Positions 22,035-32,000 of a stretch of 32,000 nucleotides of DNA are shown one piece after another (the first letter of the stretch is position 1; every line of letters begins with the position of its first letter). Made by a program: the position numbers and the translations under genes. This stretch comes from Wallemia ichthyophaga EXF-994 (taxonomy: Eukaryota > Fungi > Basidiomycota). Below the pieces are notes generated by a model. It worked only from the letters and a program-made list of their open reading frames with translations. It did no database searches and was not told the DNA's origin. Location of the stretch: the NCBI RefSeq assembly GCF_000400465.1, contig NW_008806290.1, positions 120,001-152,000 on the forward strand, written 5' to 3'.

Positions 22035-22982
22035 TTATGCCTTGCTGTAGCCCACTTTGAACTGAGTCAAGGCAGCTACAGAACCAAATAAGCCAACCCA
22101 AGCCTTGAGTCTGTTAGAATGGCTGATTTATCGCAATTTTTCGCTCACATCGTTTGAGAAGATACCAGTTGGTAAAGACCAGTGCAGTGTCAGGGGAAGA
22201 TAAGCAAGGTTAATGATGGTATCGTCGACAATTGCTTTGTACTGAGTATCTAAAGCAAGCTTATTGACGCCTTTCTCTTCTTGGACATCTCTCTGCTTGT
22301 CCTTCAGCAGAAGAGCGTGATTATCGTAGTTGTGGACGAGCTACAACGACCGCAGTCAGATGATCGTCCTGAAGAGTGTATAAATCGCGTACCTGAAGTA
22401 CCGTGTAAATCATCCAGAATCGGCAAGACCATGTTGCGATTTTACCCGAAGTTGCAGGCTTGAGAGGTAAAACACCATGATGTGCCAAATACCAGAGGTG
22501 CTCTAAAGGGAAGTATATAATCATTGAAAGTGCTTGCAGTCTTTCTACGTTGAGCGATAGCTTTGACACTTTACGCTCAGATTCAATGGATTCTGCCCAC
22601 TGAAGCATAGGGAGAAGTCCTGTAACGAGTAAGAAGTGAGCCAAAGTGTAATGCTTTTGGTATACCCAAACCCACCCCATAAACGGAGCAAAACGCGATG
22701 ATCACCGACGAGACTACCTAAAGAACGCGCCGATGCGGACAGTCCGCGTGCACTGTTTGATTTGCTGGAAGACCATACGACAAGCTTAGAAACGTATTGA
22801 ATGAGCATAAAGAACTGGGAATTGTTTGTAAATTACCGTGAATACCTCGATAAACTCACTTTGTCTGTTCCCGACCAGGTTGACAAGTAGCGGATGAGCT
22901 TATCGAAGTTATCTGGGCGTATACGCTTGATAAGCTTGCCCAAGAGACCTAGAGTTGCTAAGTTGCGACAATCGAGCACCAT
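22035..22982 (-). CDS. PEX11-family peroxin
   Basis: Spliced LIRYLSTWSGTDK-FFMLIQYVSKL, RVLLRLWG-LLPMLQW, YFPLEHLWYL, WSCRFW, INLAYLPLTLHWS, AWVGLFGSVA. Four introns. Confidence 0.85.
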
Positions 22983-23053
22983 GACCGTTTTGAGCGTTTA
23001 GTGTAAGAATCGTTTAGATTACGCTACCTCACTTGACACCAACGATCATTTGA

Positions 23054-24496
23054 ATGACAGTGGCAGAACTCGTTAACCCCGATCCGCGATACTGCTTTCC
23101 TGCGAGAGTTTCAATCAAGCACCCGTGCGTGTAGTAGGCTTGGATAGATATCCACGATCGACTGAATTCCATTATAGGCAACTTAGGGATCTCATACAGA
23201 CAGCGGATAACAGCTCTGTTTACTATCCACACAATCGATCCATTATCAAGCACTATCTTGATGCCCCCGGTGTAATTCCCTCTATTGTCACATATCACCG
23301 CTGTCTGACTTCAAGTCGCAGAAACCCAAAGTAAAGTCACAGCTCGGCTACTCTCCTGTCACGCTGTCCACTGGTTCTGGCCTCTTGGCTAGCGCTGGAA
23401 GCTCTGGAGAGATCACGTTGCAATCACTCGATCAGGACAACAGGTGTGTTTTAAGCGTTAAGCGTTTACGCGTAAACACGTAAGCATAAATATTTTCTAA
23501 CACAGTTAAGTGGCTTTTTTGAAACCCGCTTTGGTAGTGCGATCAACAATCACATCGCTTTTGCGCCCGAATCTACAAGTTCTGTGGAACCGCGACTGCT
23601 AGTCTGTAACAATGACAATCTAGTAAGGATATTTAGGGTTGGCATAAGGACGGAGCAGCCAGAATTGGATCTGGTAACCACGTTGAAATTTAACACTGCC
23701 GTTAATCAGGGTTTGTTATAGATGAAACGCGGTCATGTATCTTCTGACAATACTCTCAGCTTCTATTTCCCCTAATGCACGTATATGCGTAGCTGTAGGC
23801 GATACCAACGAAGTCCATCTCTTTGATTGTGGCAATTCGGGGACGTTTCGCAGAGTCAAAACATTAACGAGCGCTACGGATGGTGGATTTTCAACAGCTT
23901 GGTCAGCTGATGGACTAAAATTTGCTGTGTCATCTCAAGATGGGTTGTGCACAGTCTGGGATATTAGAAGTAGTAAGCCGCTCGAGAAATTTTTCACTCG
24001 AAATCAAACACCGTCAAGGGCAGTTAAGTTTACGTCAAACGCTGCCAGTAAGGAGTTAATGGTATTTACGGAGAGTACAAACAGTATTCACGTGGTAGAT
24101 GCAATGACCTTCTCACCTGTGTCACAACAGACATTGGATTTACCCTCTGCAGCTTCGTTATCAACACCACCATTTTTATCACCTCGCTCTGAGTCTCCTT
24201 TGAACGATGAGGAGAGTATAAACTCGCCCGAATTCTTCTCAACTTTCTTCCCCTCCTCGAATACAAATAGCAGATCACTTCGACAGATATTCAATAACTC
24301 ATATGGCGCCACGCTGAATAGGTTGTCGCCAAATCATTTACCTGGAGAGCAGCGGTATTGCAGTGAAGTGCAAGTAGCAGGCATTGCCTTCTCAATGGAT
24401 GGCAGCCGGTTATATGCAGCTAGCGAGAACGGGGTGATGGACTATGAAATCAACGGCGCAAATACTAAGTTATTTGAAGGAGGGGAATTCATGTGA
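23054..24496 (+). CDS. WD40-repeat protein of unknown function (resembles the fungal DUF2415 group)
   Basis: Spliced VSIKHP-QLRDLI, SAINNHI, LLVCNND, CVAVGDTNEV, GGFSTAWSADGLKFAVSSQDGLCTVWDIR, RAVKFT, GIAFSMDGSRLY. Confidence 0.75.
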
Positions 24497-24705
24497 GTAT
24501 AAATGTAATAATTGTGAATATCAAAATAATTTTATAAAATTTGATTTTGGTAGAAGTTTTGAGCGGGCTTCTTCATTTCTTGCCTTGCTCACGCACGATT
24601 CTGTTGGAAGCAGTGAAATCCATTGCAAGTTTACAAAGTCAATTACAAACTTGTAGATCGTTCTCCACAACACTCGTATTCCACTCAGCAAAGAAGAGAA
24701 CAAAG

Positions 24706-26104
24706 ATGCCACCAAAGAAGAACCAGCAACCAGAGCAAAAGATTAGACTTGGAAGACCGGGCAACAACCTCAAAATGGGTATTGTTGGTCTCCCAAACGT
24801 CGGAAAGTCATCTCTTTTTAACATCATGACTTCTTGCGATCTTGGCAAAGCTGCCAACTTTCCTTACGCTACCATTGAACCAGAAGAGTCAAAGGTTATC
24901 GTTCCTGATGAGCGTTTCGATTGGTTAGCTGACCACTACAAGCCTGCATCAAGAGTCCCAGCTTTCTTGTCTGTCATTGATATTGCCGGTCTCACTGCTG
25001 GTGCTTCCACTGGTGCCGGTCTTGGTAACGCCTTCTTGTCTCACGTCAGAGCAGTTGACGGTATTTTCCAAGTCGTTAGATGTTTCGACGACGCAGATGT
25101 CATCCACGTTGAAGGTGATGTCGATCCTATCCGTGATATGGAGATTATCCAATATGAATTGCGTTTGAAGGATCAAGAATGGTTGGAGAAGGCCGTCGAC
25201 TACCAAAAGCGTACCGCAAGATCCGCCAACCACACCACGCTCTCTGGTAAAGCTGAGCACGACAAGCTCCAAACTATCATTAAAGCTCTTGAAACTGTCG
25301 CAGGTAACGAAGAAAGTGGTGTTGAAGGTATGGACATCCGTAAGCAAATTTGGTCTGCTAAGGAGGTGAGTTTTACTCTTGCGTCGCCAGCTTTTGCAGC
25401 CTATTATGATGATAAAGAGCATTGCTCGAAACCCAGCTCGTCGAAAAGACAGGAGTAACGCCCATGTCTATGAGATAACGTTTATTCTGATTCTTTTTGC
25501 TCAACCTGGCACGCCCTTATTTTAAAACAAACTAACACATATTCAGGTTGACGTTATTAACGGTTTGAACTTGCTCACTGCTAAGCCAATCATTCGTCTT
25601 GTCAACCTTTCAAAGCGTGACTATTGCCGCAAGAAGAACAAGTGGCTCGGAAAGGTCAAACAATGGGTCGATGAGAAAAACCCTGGTGATTTAATTATCC
25701 CATTCTCAGTTGCACTTGAGGAAGAGCTCATGCAACTCTCAGATCAAGACAAAGAAAAGGAACTTAAGAGCTTGGAAGAAGAGTACAAGTTGCCTGTCAC
25801 TCAATGTCTCGGAAAGATTACAACAGCAGGATACCAATCTTTGGAACTTATCAGATACTTTACTTGTGGTGAAAAGGAAGTTAGAGCATGGACAATCGCT
25901 TCTGGTACCAAAGCACCACAAGCTGCAGGTCTCATTCACTCTGATTTCGAAAAGAACTTTATCTGTGGTGATATCATGACCTACGATGACATAAAAGAGC
26001 ACAAGACCGAGAACGCCGTGAAAGGTGCTGGTAAGATGAGGCAACAGGGTAAGCCTTATGTGATGAAGGATGGTGATATAGTCTACTGGAAGTCTAACGC
26101 TTAG
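24706..26104 (+). CDS. OLA1: Obg-like ATPase OLA1/YchF
   Basis: [76 protein letters not shown]. One intron 25366-25546 (GTGAGT...ACTAAC...CAG) joining WSAKE-VDVING. Confidence 0.97.
25402..25494 (+). ncRNA. Intronic box C/D snoRNA, snR69-like (predicted guide for LSU rRNA Cm2948, yeast numbering)
   Basis: Box C ATGATGA (25406-25412), guide AAACCCAGCTC (25429-25439) complementary to the conserved LSU GAGCUGGGUUU, D' TCGA (25441-25444), internal stem AGACAGG/CCATGTCT, C' ATGAGA (25470-25475) and box D CTGA (25487-25490). It sits in an intron about four times the local size. Confidence 0.8.
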
Positions 26105-26238
26105 ATTTCTTTTATTCTACTGTAATATTATATAAACCGAAAATTGCATTGTACTGAAAAAGTGCTTCAATACCTCTGCACACGATTCATCTACACGAAA
26201 TAATTGAGCTTCTGCATAGGAGTACATGGATATAATAC

Positions 26239-29200
26239 TTAATGATATCTATAGGATTGAGTGTCCCTAAGGAATGTTTCTGCCTTTTTGATCAGTCTTT
26301 TTGATTCGTGATGCGATTTACTGAGCTGATATTCAGGCTTAGATTCAGATTTCTGCCACGTCTGACCAGGTTTGAGACGCGTTAGGTCTACAACTCTCTT
26401 ACTGGCCAAATGATCAACCAATTGATAAGTAATTGATCTTCCTTGATTATTAAGCCCATTTGGTGTGGGAGTTGGTGGCGATAATGTTGATGACCTTTCT
26501 GATCCACTATCGCTATCACTTTCATCGTCAGTGACAAGAGATGGTGTTGCAGATCTCATCGTAGGTAAAGGTTCGAGGCTCTTCAAAGCAATTAAATTGT
26601 CTTTCGATTTCAGATAAGCATTCTCTGATCTGAGATACTTGACAACAGACATAAGACTATCAATTCTCTCGATCAATCCTGACTTTTCTAAGCTACCTTC
26701 ATTTCCACCAAGTCCGTCTAGTGCAGCGCTACTTATTTGTGCATTGTGACCGGGTGCTTGATCTGTCTTTGCAGCTGACTGTTTCAATTTATCGTTCTCC
26801 TGTTCAACGTTGTTGAGATCCGTCTGCAAAACGTCAAGAGCGTCACTCAAGGTCTTTTCTTGCTTTTTAAGACGCGAAACTTCATCTTCCATACTTTCGA
26901 GAACTTCAGTTTGCTTTTTGACAGTGTCAAGCTTCTTGGACATAACTTCAATCTTTACAGAGGATTCTTGTAATGTTTGATCTTTATTCCTAATCTCTCT
27001 GACCAGTTCCTTAACATCATTGGCGAGTTTGTTGACGGCCCGCTCAGCCTCAACGTTGTGCGCGGTGATCGACTTGAACTCTTCAATCCTAACGAGCCAT
27101 GGTTCTTCGCTGATGAGCTTAACAACTGAATCAGGTTCGAGTGATGCCTGTAGCACATCATTGATGGTCTCAGCAAATGCGTCGACAAAGTCATTCACTT
27201 TAGTCCATCCACCTCCACAGTGAGATTCTTTTCGACCAAGTGCTTGTGATGCATCATTCACAAAGGCCAACATTTTAGAAAACTCGAATGGCTCATTTGT
27301 TTCTTTGGCGTTGTTCATGTAAATACTTAAATCTTGAGCAAACGACACAGCAAAGTTGTTCAACTTGACTGTTTGATCTGATAAGACTGACAGTTGATTA
27401 CTGACCTTTGGCTCTATTGCTGATGATTCTCTGATACAGTTTTCTACTCGAGAGGCGAATTTTCTGGAGCGTGTTTAGAAACGTTATATCTCCCAAGCTG
27501 TAAACTCACCTTGAGGTGTATTTTATCGACTTGATAGTGTTAAGCACGTTTTGCACAGGTTCGAAGAAATCTCTACCAAATTCGTAATGGCCGATTTCCT
27601 TATCGACACTTTGATCGTTGTTGATACCAATCATCATCTGCTTAGACAAACCTATGGCAGCAGCAGTACTGTCCAAGTCGCAGTCAATAGCTAGTACAAA
27701 GTCTAGCTCCTTCTCGTCAAGGTCAAGCTTTGTTTCGCCTAAGTAGAGCTCGACCAGGTGCTCGAATTGACCGAGCAGCATAATAATATCCTTCGTACAC
27801 TCAAACTCCCTGAACTCTTCTCGACGCAGTAACTCTATCCAATGATCAATCTTTTTCTCAGATCCCTTGATTTCATTTGCAATCTTCCCCATGCGCAAGT
27901 ACATATCGACAGAACATCTCCTAACCATTGCCGCAAATCTTCTATTAATAGCAGCAAAGTGCGTCAGCTTAGACCTCAGTTCACAGACTCCAACTAGAAT
28001 CTCTGGGACAGAGTCGTATAGACTATTAGGTAAGCCGTGCATTTGAGCAATGACTTGATTGATGATATCGCTTTTGAATGCGCATCTCTGGAAAAATAAT
28101 AAGCAGTTGGCTGAATCCGCATCACCAGATTCAAAGAAGGTTGTCGGGAGGTAGTTTTGTACGATTTTCAAGTGTTCACTTGCTTGCGCTGCGTCTAATT
28201 TCTTTAGATCAAGATCTATAGCTTTGGCTTGGGATTTGTGCGCTGTTGTCTGTAATTTCTGATTGAGAGACAGCATCGCTTGAGATTGAGACGTCAATGC
28301 TTCCGACTCTGTGGCTTGTTGAAGTTGTGTTTGACGCATTTCGTCCAGGTCACTTGAGAAGCTGTTAGACAATCCACGCCGATCATATAATTCTTACCTT
28401 TGAAGTAGCTGCATGTGTTCGCGGAATTGCAATATAGTGTTTTCGTAATCTGCTGTGGTTTCAAGTAGTCCACTGATACGTTTCAAGCTGGCAAGTAATT
28501 GTAAGTCTTTGTAGTCCAAAAGCTCTTGCATTTGCTTTTCAGTGTCGTTGTGACTCTCTTCCAATTCATCACTTAGTTCTTTCAATGCCTCAAGTTCTTC
28601 GATTGTGGTTCTCATCGACTCGACTTGTTCATTCAAAGAAAGGTTGCTATCGGTCAAATGCTCAACCACGTCTGCTGATGCCAAGCTATCATCTAGCTGT
28701 TGTTTCAAATCATCGATATAAAGTTCAGAATCCTGCAACTTGCTTCGTATATCTTGATAATTATCTGAGCAAATATAAGCTTCATAAGTTAAGACAGTGT
28801 GACGCGTACCTTGCATTTCTTTCAAGTCTCTAATTTCAAACTGCAACTCGTTTATTTTCTGCTTTTGAAGGGTTTCATTTTCGTTTGTAACGTCTCTTAG
28901 CCGTATCAAAGCCATCTTCAATCTATCGTTTTGTTTCTCGAGTTGCTTATTTACTAATGGTGAAATTTCTCCGTTCTGCGTTTTGGAAGCAGGGAATTGA
29001 TTTTCCTGTTCTTCTTCAAGCTTAAACTTGAGATTTTCCACTTCAGTTTCCAAATCTACTTCCCTCTCTTGTACATTCTCAAGCTCAGTCACGGCATGCT
29101 CCGTCTTTTCCTCGGCAAGCTCCTTATCGAGAGTCGCAATTTCTAACAAGTCACTGACCTCTTGATGCTGTTGTTCGAGCTTTTCATTCTGTGACTGTAA

Positions 29201-30230
29201 ATCCTTACCATTGACTCTAAGATCTTTAATTTCAGTTTGCATTTCAGCTATCTTTGCCTGTAGCTTTGGCTTCATCATGTTGAATTGCTCGACCTGGTCC
29301 ATCTGTGACTCTAATTCTCTAAGCTTAATAAGCTCTTTTTCCCTGTATTGCTCAGTCACTCTGAGTTTGGCTTTACACTCCTCATAATCCCTCTTAGATA
29401 CTGTCTTCTCGAGCGTGCGAGTAGTAGGTGAGGGAGACACAGGATTATTTTGGTTAAGATGAATTGTATGATTCAGTGGAACTGAAACGGGTGTGGAAGG
29501 TGATCTAGTAAGCGGTAATCGTGATGCTGGTTTGGAGTCGAGTGATTCACTTTCTTCGGACAAATCCTGAGGTAAGGGGACACTCGAATGTGAAGGGGAT
29601 TCCTCCTCTTCAAAGTCGAATGAAGATTGCGATTGTGATCGTGAAGATTCTGCGCGTTGTGGACGTTCAGCGAGTTGTGGCTTGGTGGATACAGAAGGAG
29701 TACGTTGTGAACCAATACGCTGATTAACGATTGACGATCTACGTGAATTGGTAGAGACATTGCCGTTGGAGGTTGGTCTGGGAGTTTGAATTATTGAAGA
29801 TCGCCGTGGTGCTGATCTAGGTGGCTTAATTGAAGGCGTTCTAGTGGTAACAGGCGTTGAAGCTATAGAAGAAGCGTTAGATGAAGGTCTGCTACTAAGG
29901 CTGGGACGAGTGGTTGAGCTTGACTGCCTACTTGAAGGTGTTGATGATGGTACAGAGCGTTTCTGATTGAATTGTGAGTTGTGAACGGTTTACGCCCAAT
30001 AAACTCACTATTGGCGCGTCTTTAAGCTGTGCGGGTCTCACGAAAAGCCCAAATCCAGGTTTACATTGAAAATAGTACTTTCCAGCCACGCTACCATCGT
30101 TCTTACCCGTTTGAGTGTCTAACTCGACGCCAACCCAAACTCCAGGCGCAAATTCTGTATTACCAGAGAATCTAATTATTCCGATTCCCGCAGACGTACT
30201 TACGCGAGCACCTGGCTCTTGTAGCATCAT
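26239..30230 (-). CDS. DCTN1: Dynactin p150(Glued) subunit (DCTN1/Nip100 family)
   Basis: N-terminal CAP-Gly ([22 protein letters not shown]...[23 protein letters not shown]), Ser/Pro-rich basic linker, long coiled coil ([45 protein letters not shown]) and dynactin domain ([19 protein letters not shown]). Confidence 0.93.
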
Positions 30231-30254
30231 GGTGGTTTTGATTTGAGTTATACA

Positions 30255-32000
30255 TCATTTTACAAACGAATACGTTTGAGTCATTTTAATATTCTCTTCA
30301 CATATATAAATATCCTCTTGTTGGACATTCCATTTTATCGTTCTTGCGTAATCGTGATATATCGTCGCGTCTTCACCATCATCATTCTCTGGCTTGGACA
30401 TATCCCCAACCCATTCTCCTTGTTCATTTATAAATGGCCGTTTACATTTTCTTTGTACAGACGTTGATTCCTTCTTTGTTGCTGGTTCTGTCCACCTTCC
30501 TTCTTCTTCTTCCTCTTTGTTTGGTTGATTTTGGCTTCGCCGTCTTTTCAAGTTTTTCTTGGACAACGACTCATTGAATGCTTTGTACTTGAGTAATGTT
30601 TCTGCTCGTAGTCTAAAAGCTTGTAAGCGTGCATTTAGTTGAAATTATCTACTTACTTTAACCAAGCAGCTAACTCGAATGGTTTATCCTCTATATCATC
30701 ATGTGGAAACCTTTCGCTATATGTTTTTGCTATCTTGACTGCTTTTTCATCTGTCACTCCATTTTCATTCATCGGACTGTCCATTCGAAAAGCAAGACCG
30801 CCCAAAAATTCACCCAATACAACTAGATTCCTTATCACCCTCTCAGGTAGCTTTTTCCCTTCTTTTAAGACCTTCGTGTAATGATTTGCAACGTACCTGT
30901 TGACTATAAGTTAATTAACCCAATCAATGGTGTCTTCACGCACCAACAAAGCGTCTGATACCCAGGAAATCTGAACTTCAAAGGTACTTTTGTATCAATT
31001 TCTATTTGGACAATCTTTTGTTGTCCTTCTATACCGTAGCTGTGAACAAAATTACCTCCAATGACCAAAGAATCTTCAGGTGTATATACAGCATGCATCC
31101 AACCAGTTGGAATTATTAGCGTATTTCCTTGCTTCAGAGTTACTGTATATGTAGCATCTGCCAAATCTCCAAACCATTGCGAGCCTTGATCTGCAGACTC
31201 TGACCACATTTTGTACTGTTGAAGGTTATAACTATTTGGGCGAGCAAGATAGAAAGTTTTTTGACCTCTAAGGACGTGATAAAATACTGAAGATCCCGCA
31301 AAATCTATATGCCAATCGGTGAATGAGCCTGTCAAACTCATCAAGACATATAAAAGCACACGAGGAGCATCTTTGGCCTTATCTTTTGGCCAAAAGTTAC
31401 CGACCCAATCCAAGTCTCTTACGAACTTAGGAGGTATAATATGGCTAGCAAAATCAGTATCGGAAACCTCTAAACTGATAACATTTAGTGTTTTCTCAAC
31501 TTCAGGTGCTTCTCTGCGCTTGTAATAGTGAGCAGCCCATTGACCAAGAGTCCAAGGGAATTTAGAGAGATGTTGAGTGCTATTGAGTTGTTATTAAGAT
31601 GAGTATAAACAAGGAGACAGACGTACGCGCAATCGATTACTTCAACAGGCTTGTCCTTACCGACAATATCAGCGATTTGATCGATAGTAATATGCGAAGG
31701 GGGCATTTTCATCTGTGACGAGATCAGCGTGAGTTAACAACACCCAAAAAGACCATCAACACACATCTAGTCCGGTTGGATTAGGAACGATGATAGGTTC
31801 TGACATACTTGAAGGATCGTTATCTAGCCAATCAAGAGTGAGTTCATCACCTTTTAAATGCTTGAATTGATAATCTTGAATTTGTAGAGAAGGAAGACGT
31901 TCGACGTGCAAGTAAGAAGATGCAATTCCATCGTTTATGGCAGCGTAGTCGTGCTTAACTTTAGATCTCTTAGATTTTCTAGGCTCGGGTTTATTTTTAA
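30255..32000 (-). CDS. JHD1: JmjC histone H3K36 demethylase, KDM2/Jhd1 type; 5' end outside the window
   Basis: SFTDWHIDFAGSSVFYHVLRGQKTFY, IPTGWMHAVYTPEDSLVIGGNFVHSY (HxD...H triad), KVPLKFRFP, VGKDKPVEVID. Several short introns. Confidence 0.9.

Noticed and set aside
23464-23477. Perfect 14-bp palindrome GTTTACGCGTAAAC (contains the MCB core ACGCGT) in a WD40 gene intron
   Set aside because: Single short palindrome with no supporting context; plausible by chance in 32 kb.
28765-28809. 45-nt stop-free intron in dynactin that could be retained in frame
   Set aside because: Expected occasionally when introns are about 45 nt; no evidence of regulated retention.
1061-31525. Numerous 60-160 aa antisense or alternate-frame ORFs in the ORF track (for example 11567-12049, 14773-15243, 24949-25422)
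   Set aside because: They overlap well-supported genes, lack recognisable motifs and are explained as shadow ORFs.
1-32000. Intact transposons, CRISPR arrays, rRNA genes
   Set aside because: No transposase or reverse transcriptase motifs, LTRs/TIRs, repeat-spacer arrays or rRNA sequence were seen.

Overview
Eukaryotic, gene-dense fungal DNA (about 40% GC by eye, 40-55 nt introns, many intergenic gaps under 80 bp). The features are basidiomycete-like and would fit a compact genome such as Wallemia; that is an inference, not verified. The window holds about 15 intact housekeeping genes: CTL-family transporter, RFC1, Cyc2-like b5 reductase, COQ3, gamma-tubulin, NOP1, MET8, UBR1, RSC1/2-like, histidine phosphatase, PEX11-family, WD40, OLA1, dynactin p150 and JHD1. 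It also holds a THP3/LENG8-like pseudogene. The standout is at 2368-2496 on the minus strand: a circularly permuted tRNA-Thr(CGU) gene with the 3' half upstream of the 5' half and the split at 37/38. A relic tRNA 5' half in front supplies a correctly spaced Pol III A box. To my knowledge permuted tRNAs are reported from red and green algae, nucleomorphs and an archaeon, but not from fungi. Second, the only long intron I resolved (OLA1, 181 nt) contains a box C/D snoRNA that looks like snR69 (guide for LSU Cm2948). Exon boundaries were worked out by hand and may be off by a few nt.
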